Part shown: positions 8,393 to 16,339 of the stretch, piece by piece
Numbering within the stretch: the first letter of the stretch is position 1
Layout: the number at the start of each line of letters is the position of its first letter
Assembly: GCF_000023965.1 (NCBI RefSeq)
Contig: NC_013202.1
Span: forward strand, 2,100,001-2,132,000
Direction: 5' to 3'
DNA: 32,000 nt
DNA from: Halomicrobium mukohataei DSM 12286
GTDB lineage: Archaea; Halobacteriota; Halobacteria; Halobacteriales; Haloarculaceae
Position numbers and translations under genes: made by a program
The notes under the pieces: model-generated
Databases searched by the model: none
Seen by the model: only the letters and a program-made list of their open reading frames with translations
Told to the model about the DNA's origin: nothing

Positions 8393-8908
8393 CTACTCCT
8401 CCCGCTGGCTGCCTCCATCCCCGCCGTCCCAGTAGGGCACCTCGGCGTCGGCGTCGAGATACTTCGAGAGGCGGCGCTCGCTCTCGTCGCCGCCCGGTGG
8501 CGAACCGGCGAACACCCCGACGGCGTCGTTGTCCGGGTAGACGGTGATGTCGGGGTCGTACATCGTCGACATCGCGAGATACCGGAGCCCGTCCGGTCCC
8601 GCTTCGAGTTCGTGCTGGCCGTCCTCGCCGCGGGGGAAGACGGCGAAGTCGCCCGCTTCGAGGTCGCGCTCCTCGCGGTCGCCGCCGAGCCACAGGGTGG
8701 CCGACCCGTCGAGGACGAACATCGCCTCCTCGTTGCCCTCGTGATAGTGCGCGGGCCAGCCCCGTTTGCCCGGTTCGATCTCGTAGAGGCTACAGCCCAG
8801 TTCGCTGGCGGCGCTGGCTCGCGTGAACCGCCTGCCGCGGAACGCGCGGTCGCCGTGGTCGTGTGCCTCCCAGTCGAGACTGTCGCTGTCGACGATCCGG
8901 TCGTCCAT
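8393..8908 (-). CDS. cupin domain protein
   Basis: 171 aa with cupin motifs (GWPAHYHEGNEEAMFVLDGSATL and GDFAVFPRGEDGQHEL). Confidence 0.85.
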   Translation of the reverse strand: MDDRIVDSDSLDWEAHDHGDRAFRGRRFTRASAASELGCSLYEIEPGKRGWPAHYHEGNEEAMFVLDGSATLWLGGDREERDLEAGDFAVFPRGEDGQHELEAGPDGLRYLAMSTMYDPDITVYPDNDAVGVFAGSPPGGDESERRLSKYLDADAEVPYWDGGDGGSQREE

Positions 8909-8959
8909 ACCTGGCGTTCAGCCAACGACCGCAAGAACGTTCTGGTGGTCCGTGGACGA

Positions 8960-9304
8960 CTACCGGGGCGGTAAGAGCTCGACCGTCGCGTCCGGGTCGG
9001 ATCTGTAGTGTCGCCAGCCGTAGACGCTCAGCACGATGCCCAGAAGCGACGCTCCGACGACGACGGCGCTCACGAGTGTCTGATCGAAACCGGCCAGCGT
9101 AGATCCCGAGTCGATCACCGTGTTCGCCAGATTCGCGACCACTGCAAGCCAGGCACCGGCGACGAGCGGGACCTTCCAGCGCCGAATCGCTCTTCGCCGG
9201 ACGACGACGGCGAGCACGAGCGCGGGGAGCAACAGTGCCGCCGATACGAGCACGGCTGCTGGTGAGAGGAGGGCCACGGCTGCTGGTTTTCGTGGACGGC
9301 ACAA
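8960..9304 (-). CDS. small hypothetical membrane protein (about 3 TM); start uncertain
   Basis: There are hydrophobic segments (AAVLVSAALLLPALVLAVVV, PLVAGAWLAVVANLANTVI, LVSAVVVGASLLGIVLSVYGW). The ORF-track start is a TTG, and an in-frame GTG (VALLSP...) near 9274 is an alternative. Confidence 0.5.
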   Translation of the reverse strand: MCRPRKPAAVALLSPAAVLVSAALLLPALVLAVVVRRRAIRRWKVPLVAGAWLAVVANLANTVIDSGSTLAGFDQTLVSAVVVGASLLGIVLSVYGWRHYRSDPDATVELLPPR

Positions 9305-9349
9305 AGAGGCTGTGTTTGCTCGACCGCCGCTATCGCGGTGATCGGGCCG

Positions 9350-11545
9350 TCAGAACTGCTCGCCGACGACGGCCAGCGTCGCGTCGATGACGGCGTCGCG
9401 CTCGCCCGAGAGGAATCGGATCGACTGCTCGCGGGCGCTGCGTGTCCGGACGGCCGCTTCCGGTGCGGCCTCGTCGATCGCGTCGGCGAGGTCGTGTACG
9501 TCGACCGTCTGGTCGGCCCGCACGAACAGCGTGTCGTCGGCGACGCCGACGAGTGCGTCCGTCCCGCTGTCGGCTTGCCGGAACAGTTCGTCGAGCAGGA
9601 TCGTCGACGGCGGGAAGTCGTAGCGGTGCGTGAAGGCGTCGGTGTCGAGGACGGCGACGGTCGTCCCGCCGATCTCCTCGCGCTCGATGTTGGCCGTCGC
9701 GGTGTCGACCTCCGTCGCGAGCTTCTCGCGGAACTGCTCGGCGACGTTGCCGGCGAGCCCGGTCACGTCGTCCTCGTCGTCGCCAAAGAGCAGGTCCTTG
9801 ATCAGTTCGCGCTTGTCCTCGTAGGACTGGTAGTACGCTTCCAGCGCGACCGCGTCGCGAAGCTCCGTAACCGAGGCTTCGTCGTAGCCCGCCTCCGCCG
9901 CGGCGTCGAGGTAGGACGCGGGCGTCTCGTCCCAGAAGCTGACGGCCGGCAGATGGACGAGATCGTCCTGTACGTGCTCGTTGACGTGGGCGGCGACGTT
10001 GGCCGCCAGCGCCGTCGCCGTCGTCGGCGACGCGCCGGCCAGCGACGGACTGACGAGCGTGTCGACCGAGTCGGCGATCAGTTCGTCGGCGACGGCGTCG
10101 TCGATCACGACGCGGGGTGCGCCGTACACGTCGAGCAGATCGAAGCCGTCGAGGCTCTCGCGGGTCCCGCCGGCGGCGACGAAGACGAAAAGCGGGAGCT
10201 TCTCGTCGTGGCGCTCCCGGTTTTCGAGCATGTTCGTCACGTCCTTGGTGGCGTCTTGCATGTCGTAGACGCCGCCTTCCAGCGGTCGTCGATCGAAGTA
10301 GTGGTACTGCGCGTCGGCTCGGCGGTGCTCGTCGGCGACCAGCGGGAGCGTCGCCCGTTCGAGAGCCACGCCGGCGACGTAGCCGTCGGCGGTCGCGGAG
10401 TGGCGGACGATCACTGGGCGATCGGTGATGACTGCGCGCCGGATCGCCGTCGCGGCGTCGACGAGATCGTCGGCCAGTGCCTCGATCGTCGGGTCCTCGG
10501 CGAGTGCGTCGACGGCGGCGGGCCGGGCGCGGTCGTCGAGCGCGTCGGCCATCCGGTCTACGACGGTCTGGCGTTCCTCGTCGTCGAGCGCGACGAGTGC
10601 CTCGGTCTCGACCTGAATCTCGCCGCGGCGACGGCGCACGTCGCCGTCCAGTCGAACGATGTCCTCTTCGACGATGTCGGGATAGGCGCGGACGCCCGCC
10701 TCGACGAAGGCCGCACAGTCGACGGTCCCGGTCTCGTCTCGGAGCTCGAACACCGTCGGCCCGCTGGTCTGGCGAACGTCGACGATCTCGCCTTCGAGGC
10801 GAACGTCGTCGCCTTCGTGGTCGTCCAGGCTGTCGACCGCCACGACGGGGTGGTCTCGCTGCTGGTCGACTGCATCGTCGCTCTCGGCGTCGGCCGACGT
10901 GTCGTCGCTCTCGGCCGTCCCCGTACTGCCCTGTCCGACGACGCTGGCGCTTCGTTCGACGCGCTCGCTGTCGTCGGCCTGGCTGACCTTCGCCGCGTCG
11001 GCGTCGGTCGTCGTCGCCTCGGCGGTCTGGTCGTCTGCCGACGAGTCTGTGTCGGTCGTCGTCGCCTCGGCGGTCTGGTCGTCTGCCGACGGCTCGGAGT
11101 CGGCGTCGTCGCCCGTCGCCGGCTCCTCACGCCCGTTTCCCGACTCGTCCTCCTCGACGTCGTCGGCGAGTCGCGCCGTGTCGAACTCGGGGTCGTCGAT
11201 CAGCGTGCCGCGGAACTCCCGCTCGGCCTGTCGGATCGACCAGCCGAGGTCGATGTTCCCGTTGTCCCGGACGTTTTTCACCTTCACGAAGACGGTGTCG
11301 CCCGGCTCCCAGTCCAGCGAGTCGAGTCGCTGATCCAGCTCGCTGCGGTGGAGCAGCCCGGTCACGCGATCACCGATGTCGACGAAGACGCCGAACTCGG
11401 CGAAGCCGTCGACGGAGCCGCTGTAGTATCGGTTGGTCGTCAGTTGATTCGGATGGTCGCCTCGGAATTCGAACAGGACGTCCTCCTCGTGGAGGTCACA
11501 GATGTGACCGTCGACGGAGGTGCCACAGATGATACACGAACCCAT
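9350..11545 (-). CDS. RecJ-like DHH-superfamily protein with N-terminal Zn-ribbon, S1 and OB-fold domains
   Basis: The ATG at 11543-11545 gives MGSCIICGTSVDGHICDLHEED (a CxxC...HxC motif). An S1-like segment follows (GSVDGFAEFGVFVDIGDRVTGLLHRSEL...GDTVFVKVKNV). Next comes an acidic Asp/Thr/Ala linker, then an OB-fold-like segment (VRLEGEIVDVRQTSGPTVFELRDETGTVDCAAF). The C-terminal half is DHH/RecJ-core-like. Total 731 aa. Confidence 0.85.
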   Translation of the reverse strand: MGSCIICGTSVDGHICDLHEEDVLFEFRGDHPNQLTTNRYYSGSVDGFAEFGVFVDIGDRVTGLLHRSELDQRLDSLDWEPGDTVFVKVKNVRDNGNIDLGWSIRQAEREFRGTLIDDPEFDTARLADDVEEDESGNGREEPATGDDADSEPSADDQTAEATTTDTDSSADDQTAEATTTDADAAKVSQADDSERVERSASVVGQGSTGTAESDDTSADAESDDAVDQQRDHPVVAVDSLDDHEGDDVRLEGEIVDVRQTSGPTVFELRDETGTVDCAAFVEAGVRAYPDIVEEDIVRLDGDVRRRRGEIQVETEALVALDDEERQTVVDRMADALDDRARPAAVDALAEDPTIEALADDLVDAATAIRRAVITDRPVIVRHSATADGYVAGVALERATLPLVADEHRRADAQYHYFDRRPLEGGVYDMQDATKDVTNMLENRERHDEKLPLFVFVAAGGTRESLDGFDLLDVYGAPRVVIDDAVADELIADSVDTLVSPSLAGASPTTATALAANVAAHVNEHVQDDLVHLPAVSFWDETPASYLDAAAEAGYDEASVTELRDAVALEAYYQSYEDKRELIKDLLFGDDEDDVTGLAGNVAEQFREKLATEVDTATANIEREEIGGTTVAVLDTDAFTHRYDFPPSTILLDELFRQADSGTDALVGVADDTLFVRADQTVDVHDLADAIDEAAPEAAVRTRSAREQSIRFLSGERDAVIDATLAVVGEQF
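11003..11091. repeat. in-frame 48-bp tandem duplication inside the RecJ-like acidic linker
   Basis: The 41-nt string gtcggtcgtcgtcgcctcggcggtctggtcgtctgccgacg occurs at 11003-11043 and again at 11051-11091. It encodes SADDQTAEATTTD twice. Confidence 0.85.
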
Positions 11546-11642
11546 TGACCGGTGAAAGCATTTCGGCACTAAAACGGTTGTCGAAATCCTCGTCGCTCGC
11601 CGATCGGCCGGGCGGGGCCTGCCGTCGGTCGGTTCCGTCCCG

Positions 11643-11906
11643 CTACTCGTAGATCTGGCTCTCCGATTCGAGCATCTCGACGCCACGCGCCACCTCGCTC
11701 GCCTGCTCGGGGGTGAGGGCGATCTCGAACTGGCTGCCGTCGTCGTCCTCGAAGGCGAACTTGACGCGCTCGTCGCCGAACTCCCGTACGTCGATGCCTT
11801 CGACATCGTACAGCTTTGCGGTCGCGGTCCGGTTCGAGGGGCCGACGTGCTTGATTGCGCCGTCTTTGAGTTCGAACATGAAGTCGTCCAGGTCGAGCGT
11901 GAGCAT
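11643..11906 (-). CDS. small acidic hypothetical protein (87 aa)
   Basis: The ATG at 11904-11906 gives MLTLDLDDFMFELKDGAIKHVGPSNRTATAKLYDVEGIDVREFGDERVKFAFEDDDGSQFEIALTPEQASEVARGVEMLESESQIYE. The upstream part of the 169-aa ORF is Arg-rich and overlaps the next gene. Confidence 0.65.
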   Translation of the reverse strand: MLTLDLDDFMFELKDGAIKHVGPSNRTATAKLYDVEGIDVREFGDERVKFAFEDDDGSQFEIALTPEQASEVARGVEMLESESQIYE

Positions 11907-11956
11907 GTTCGAGGCGGCGGTCGGCAGCCACCTAAACCGTTCGACGTGTCCGGGCG

Positions 11957-12574
11957 CTACAGCAACGCGTCGGCCGCCGCGAAGGCCCGAAAGCCGTAGC
12001 CAAAGAGGACGGCCGCGGGAGCGACGCTGACGACGAGGGCACGCGGGAGCGAGAGGTTGTGGATCGTCCCCATTCCGTAGACGTACAGCCCGGCAGCCCA
12101 GATGCCACAGGCGATCCGCACCTCCGGGAGCGGTAGCCCGGCGAAGACACACGGAGCTGTCGCGTAGGCGATCACCTGCACGGTCTCGCTGATGCCGCCC
12201 CGATCCGGTGCCAGCGGTGCCAACAGGAGCGTCTGGGCGGCCGCCGTGAGGTGAAGCACCGCGGGCGCGACGAAGACGACGATGGCGACCAGCGCCAGCA
12301 GCGCCGTCAGTGGTTCCAGGTCACCGATCACCGGGTAGTCGTACGGCCCGAGCGACAGCTGTCCGCGCTGAGCGAGTTCGACGACCGCGAACCGCGACCC
12401 CTCCTCGACGAGGACGACGACGGCGATGAAGACGAGTCCCGGTGCCTGATCGCCGGGTGCGATCCCCGCCTGGAAGAACCGTTGCGGTCGCAGAAGTATC
12501 TCGGCCCACGCGCGAACGAGCGCGATCGGGCCGCGGTCGCGCCCGCCCGTCGGGTTCTCGACCCACTGTGTCAC
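11957..12574 (-). CDS. Yip1-family-like integral membrane protein
   Basis: 205 aa with a GTG start. A soluble N-terminus (WVENPTGGRDRGPIALVRAWAEILLRPQRFFQ) is followed by about 5 hydrophobic helices. The family name is recalled from similar haloarchaeal annotations and was not verified. Confidence 0.65.
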   Translation of the reverse strand: MTQWVENPTGGRDRGPIALVRAWAEILLRPQRFFQAGIAPGDQAPGLVFIAVVVLVEEGSRFAVVELAQRGQLSLGPYDYPVIGDLEPLTALLALVAIVVFVAPAVLHLTAAAQTLLLAPLAPDRGGISETVQVIAYATAPCVFAGLPLPEVRIACGIWAAGLYVYGMGTIHNLSLPRALVVSVAPAAVLFGYGFRAFAAADALL

Positions 12575-12622
12575 GGGTCGTCGTAGGTCCAGCGAGCGTT
12601 AGTCAGTTTCCTTTCCCGACGG

Positions 12623-12802
12623 TCACAGTCGCTCCCACGCTGCCCGGAGTGCTTCCCGCGGACTCTCTCGGAAGCGCCCCAGCGCGGGGAGGAAGTCGTG
12701 CTTGAGACCGTGGAGCGCGACGCCCGCCAGCCCGATGCCCAGCGTGGCACCAGCGAACAGAAAGGACAGCAGTACCACGGGACCGTCGACCGCTGCGGGC
12801 AC
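12623..12802 (-). CDS. candidate small single-TM protein (59 aa, GTG start); not in the ORF track
   Basis: Own translation gives VPAAVDGPVVLLSFLFAGATLGIGLAGVALHGLKHDFLPALGRFRESPREALRAAWERL*. Third positions are GC-rich and there is one clear TM helix. It is the only plausible frame in the 12575-12911 gap. There is no ATG start and no recognisable homology. Confidence 0.3.
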   Translation of the reverse strand: MPAAVDGPVVLLSFLFAGATLGIGLAGVALHGLKHDFLPALGRFRESPREALRAAWERL

Positions 12803-12911
12803 GGTCTCCAGTGAGATCGGTGCTCTCGGTGTTCTGACACACAGCTGTCAGTCCATGGACCGACTCGCCGCCCGGGGCGGCGAACGCCGAGACGACGAAC
12901 TGCCGGCGATG

Positions 12912-12995
12912 TCATACGGAACGTTGTAGTTGCTTATCGGTGAGCGTCGCACGGGGTAGACGCTCACCGGGACATTCCGACAACCGTCCGTATCA
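12912..12995. repeat. 84-nt long-hairpin element, copy B (same termini as 2174-2259)
   Basis: The outer arms are TCATACGGAACGTTGT (12912-12927) and ACAACCGTCCGTATCA (12980-12995). The inner stem is CGGTGAGCGTC 12938-12948 / GACGCTCACCG 12959-12969. The element overlaps the TGA stop at 12993-12995. Confidence 0.7.
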
Positions 12996-13571
12996 GTCGT
13001 CCGCCCCGACGTTCTCGCAGCTCTCGATACTCTGGGGATCGGGCTCGATGTTCGCGTACTGGACGGCCTCGCGCCCGAGCGTCTCGACGCGGTCGCGCAT
13101 CGCCTCGTCGACGAGCTGGCCGTCCTCGAAGGCGCTCGACGCGCGTGGGAGCGCCGCCTGGTGTGGAATCACCCAGCAGTCCAGCGACCGTCCGACCGAC
13201 CGGAGATGCTCCAGCGCCGTCACGGGGAAGCCCCCACCGGCGACACACAGGAGGCCGACGGTCTTGTTCTCGAACTCGTCGAAGCCACAGTAGTCCAGCG
13301 CGTTCTTCATCGGCGTCGAGAACGAGCCGTGGTAGACCGGCGTTCCCAGCAGGATCGAGTCGGCTTCTCGGATCCGCTCGCGGAACGCCGCTGCGTCGCC
13401 AGCGTCCTCGGCGTCGGGGTCGAACACGGGGAGGTCCCACTCGCGGAGGTCGAGCAGGTCGGTGTCGCCACCGGCCGCCTGTGCGGCCGTCAGTGCGATC
13501 TGGAGGCTCTGTCGCGTGTAACTGCCCTCGCGGAGACTGCCACAGATGCCGACGACGTTCGTTCGCGTCAT
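12993..13571 (-). CDS. NAD(P)H-dependent FMN reductase family oxidoreductase
   Basis: 192 aa (MTRTNVVGICGSLREGSYTRQSL...LLGTPVYHGSFSTPMKNALDY), the flavodoxin-like FMN reductase signature. Confidence 0.88.
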   Translation of the reverse strand: MTRTNVVGICGSLREGSYTRQSLQIALTAAQAAGGDTDLLDLREWDLPVFDPDAEDAGDAAAFRERIREADSILLGTPVYHGSFSTPMKNALDYCGFDEFENKTVGLLCVAGGGFPVTALEHLRSVGRSLDCWVIPHQAALPRASSAFEDGQLVDEAMRDRVETLGREAVQYANIEPDPQSIESCENVGADD

Positions 13572-13650
13572 GGCGAGCCAAACGACTGGGGTTTATTTAT
13601 GAGTACCCCTCGTCCGATCGCCCGGTGCAGAACGGCAGTTAGCGACTGCT

Positions 13651-13932
13651 CTAGATGAGGTCCCCGGGGTCGTGAACGTCCGCCATCCGCTGGGCTTCTG
13701 TGGCGTATCGCTCGCGCAGGTCCGCGTCGTCGACGGCCCCGAGGTTCCCCGGCTCGGCGTCGACGGCTGCAGTCGTGTCTCGGATGTCCCCGAACGAGGT
13801 GAGCGCCCGCTCCTTGCGGAAGTACCGCTCGCCGTCGGGCGTCGCGTACGTGAGGATGATGAGGTTCTGCTCGTCGTCGGAGTAGGTCCGTTCGACCAGC
13901 CAGACGCGGACGGTCTCTGCTTGGACAGTCAT
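13651..13932 (-). CDS. small acidic hypothetical protein (93 aa)
   Basis: The ATG at 13930-13932 gives MTVQAETVRVWLVERTYSDDEQNLIILTYATPDGERYFRKERALTSFGDIRD..., with halophilic composition and good codon bias. Confidence 0.65.
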   Translation of the reverse strand: MTVQAETVRVWLVERTYSDDEQNLIILTYATPDGERYFRKERALTSFGDIRDTTAAVDAEPGNLGAVDDADLRERYATEAQRMADVHDPGDLI

Positions 13933-13977
13933 ACGTGAACATCGGTCACGGACGTGCAAGTACCACCGGGTGCGTTC

Positions 13978-14895
13978 TCACTCGCTGAGACCGACCACCA
14001 GCGACTCGTCGCCGTCCTCGACGCTGACGAGGCCGTCGTCCGCGAGGTCCTCGACGAGGCCGCGGAGCCACTCTCGGCCGTGTTCGCCCTCGGGCGCGTA
14101 GTCGACTCGCACGCGCGGGCCGAGGTCGTCCAAGGCGAGGCGGTCGTACTCGCCGAGGACGTTGACGATCCGCCCGCGGAACTGCCGACGGCTCCCCTCG
14201 AAATCGGGCTGGGTGGGCACGTCCGGCGCAGTGAAGTCGCCGGTGTCGTAGGCGTGACACCACTCGCGCCACGGGCAGCCGGCGGCGTCGCAGGCCGGCG
14301 TCTTCTCGCAGGCGACCCCGCCGAGCTCCATGATCGCGTTGTTCCATATCCGTGACCGTCCGTCGGGCATGAGCGCCCCCGCGACTTCCTCGAACGCCGC
14401 GTCGTCGTCGGGCACGTCGAACGCGCGGTGGAGGACGCGCTTGACGTTCGTGTCGACGACGGCGTCGCCCGCGTTGAACGCGAACGAGGCGACCGCGTTG
14501 GCGGTGTAGGGGCCGACGCCGTGGAGCTCCTGCAGTTCGGCGGGCGTCTCGGGGAACGCGCCGTCCCACTCGTCGATGATCTGGTTCGCGGCGGTGTGGA
14601 GGTACTTCGCCCGGTTGTTGTACCCCAGCGAGTGGGCCGTCCAGAACGCGACCACGTCGGACTGGTCGGTGGCCGCCAGCGCCTCGGCGTCGGGCCACCG
14701 ATCGAGGAACGCCCGCCAGGCCTCGACGACGCGGCCCAGCTGGGTCTGCTGGCTCATCACCTCGGAGACGAGGATCTCGTAGGCGTCGTCGGTCTCGCGC
14801 CAGGGAAACGACCGGTGGTCGGCCTCGTACCACTCGATCAGGGCCCGCTGGACGGCCTCGCGGTTCTCGGGGACTGCGCCCGGCAGCTCCGTCAT
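13978..14895 (-). CDS. mutY: A/G-specific adenine DNA glycosylase (MutY-like, HhH-GPD with Fe-S cluster loop)
   Basis: The ATG at 14893-14895 gives MTELPGAVPENREAVQRALIEWYEADHRSFPWRETDDAYEILVSEVMSQQTQ.... It has a helix-hairpin-helix (LQELHGVGPYTANAV), the catalytic VDTNVKRVL, and a Cys cluster (CEKTPACDAAGCPWREWC). Total 305 aa. Confidence 0.85.
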   Translation of the reverse strand: MTELPGAVPENREAVQRALIEWYEADHRSFPWRETDDAYEILVSEVMSQQTQLGRVVEAWRAFLDRWPDAEALAATDQSDVVAFWTAHSLGYNNRAKYLHTAANQIIDEWDGAFPETPAELQELHGVGPYTANAVASFAFNAGDAVVDTNVKRVLHRAFDVPDDDAAFEEVAGALMPDGRSRIWNNAIMELGGVACEKTPACDAAGCPWREWCHAYDTGDFTAPDVPTQPDFEGSRRQFRGRIVNVLGEYDRLALDDLGPRVRVDYAPEGEHGREWLRGLVEDLADDGLVSVEDGDESLVVGLSE

Positions 14896-14923
14896 TACCG
14901 CGGCGTTACGAGCGACGGCGCTT

Positions 14924-15322
14924 GTGCGTGACGGTCCACAGCCGACCCGCGGAGACGAAAGAGGTTTTCCCGCGCTGGACCACCGCCCGAACGTGACGCT
15001 GGACGATCTCTCCGACGATGTACAGGCACAGTACTCCGAGCTGGGCGAGGAACTCGCCGTCTCGCTGGACCGCGAGACGCGCAACGAGCTGGCGATGCTG
15101 ACCAGCGCGCTGGACCCCGACGACCCCGACGAACTCGTCCGCCGCGCGGTCCACATGCTCTTTCAGAGCGCCGTCGAGACCGGCAACCTCGACTTTCACC
15201 TCCGATCGGGCTACGACTGCACCTACGACGAGTACCTCTCGGGGATGACCTTCGACGAGATGACCGGCGCGGACCAGTTCCCACAGGCCCAGGAGAAAGA
15301 CGACCGGCGCTACCAGTTCTAG
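14924..15322 (+). CDS. acidic hypothetical protein; start uncertain (GTG 14924 or GTG 14993)
   Basis: The sequence reads ...VTLDDLSDDVQAQYSELGEELAVSLDRETRNELAMLTSALDPDDPDELVRRAVHMLFQSAVETGNLDFHLRSGYDCTYDEYLSGMTFDEMTG.... It is divergent from mutY. The 14993 start would leave a more realistic 97-bp divergent promoter region. Confidence 0.6.
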   Translation: MRDGPQPTRGDERGFPALDHRPNVTLDDLSDDVQAQYSELGEELAVSLDRETRNELAMLTSALDPDDPDELVRRAVHMLFQSAVETGNLDFHLRSGYDCTYDEYLSGMTFDEMTGADQFPQAQEKDDRRYQF

Positions 15323-15350
15323 ACGGCCGGGACGCTCCGACGCGACCCGC

Positions 15351-16139
15351 TCACTCGACGAGCGGCGCTGCACCGGCCCACAGTTGCTGGAAGTGCCGTT
15401 CGAACTCCTCGACGATCTCCGAGTCTTTGATGCCGAGGACGCCGATTCGATCGTCGGCGGCGACCGGGTGCGGGATGTCGATGGTCGTCCCGATCCCGTC
15501 GACGACGTCGAAGGACAGTCCCACGTCGGGCAGCGTCCTGACGGCCACGTCGCCAGGCTGGTCGGCGATCAGCCGGTCGAACGTCTCGGGCAGCGTCAGC
15601 GCCACCTTCTCGCTGACGAGGAGCTGCACCGTCAGATCCGCGCTCGCGCCCTCGAAGAAGGCATCACACTCCGTCTGGAGCGTCTCCCACGTCGCGTTCT
15701 CGTAGGGCGTCCCGACGATGCCGTGGACGAACTCCTCGGCGGTGCGCATGTGTTCTTGCAGCGCCGAACGCATCTCCTCGCTGCCCAGCGAGCCCAGCCA
15801 GAAGCTGCTCTCGGTCGGTGGCGTCGGGAGCACGTTCGTGCGGACCGCCGCCGCTCGCTCCCGGTAGTGGTGCCACTCCTGTCTCAGCTCGTAGGCCCGT
15901 TCGGCCAGCAGCCTGTCGACGACGGCCTCCGGCTCGACGGCGACGTACTGCTTCGGATCACTCGACTGGAGTCGGACCACTCTCCGGGCTTCGAGGCCGT
16001 TGAGCACGTCGTAGATGCGACCTTTCGGCACGCTGCTGGCCTCGGAGAGCTCGGTCGCCGTCGCCGCACCCGTCAGTAACAGCGTCCGATACACCTTCTC
16101 CTCGTAGCTCGACAGGCCGAGCGCACCCAGCTCCGTCAT
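15351..16139 (-). CDS. TrmB-family transcriptional regulator
   Basis: 262 aa. The N-terminal wHTH (LGLSSYEEKVYRTLLLTGAATATELSEASSVPKGRIYDVLNGLEARRVV) is characteristic of TrmB. Confidence 0.88.
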   Translation of the reverse strand: MTELGALGLSSYEEKVYRTLLLTGAATATELSEASSVPKGRIYDVLNGLEARRVVRLQSSDPKQYVAVEPEAVVDRLLAERAYELRQEWHHYRERAAAVRTNVLPTPPTESSFWLGSLGSEEMRSALQEHMRTAEEFVHGIVGTPYENATWETLQTECDAFFEGASADLTVQLLVSEKVALTLPETFDRLIADQPGDVAVRTLPDVGLSFDVVDGIGTTIDIPHPVAADDRIGVLGIKDSEIVEEFERHFQQLWAGAAPLVE

Positions 16140-16339
16140 GCACCCTCGTTGCGAGCCGGTCCGTAAATATGTACCCCGTGTGGTGGTTCTCGGGTGGCCG
16201 TGTCACGGCCGGCCGTCGCCGCTCGGGACCGACGACGGTCCGTCGTGGATGCCGTCGCATCGCCCGCGGGATGGCTGATTACGGCGGCGCTGGTGGTGGA
16301 CCATCTGGGCTGTCGGTATACGAATTGATTGCAGTCGAA

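Noticed and set aside
8350-8934. 195-aa N-terminal extension of the elp3 ORF (748-aa version)
   Set aside because: It is Ser/Thr/Arg/Ala-rich junk that overlaps the well-supported cupin gene in another frame. The canonical Elp3 N-terminus starts at the ATG at 8349. The same logic removed the extensions of ORFs 1509..2177, 9350..11806, 11643..12152, 13978..15156, 16942..18174, 21470..23104 and 28059..29468.
9338-11548. 736-aa plus-strand ORF exactly antisense to the RecJ-like gene
   Set aside because: Its Val/Asp/Arg/Gly-rich translation is the mirror image of GAC/GAG-rich acidic codons. It has no recognisable domains, whereas the minus strand has Zn-ribbon, S1, OB and DHH-like features.
12571-12915. 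114-aa minus-strand ORF starting at an ATG inside hairpin element B. Also ORFs 12603..12842 (-) and 12702..12929 (+)
   Set aside because: The translations are Arg/Ser/Pro/Trp/Cys-rich with no halophilic character. The ATG is created by the conserved element terminus (CCGTATGAC), exactly as at 2177.
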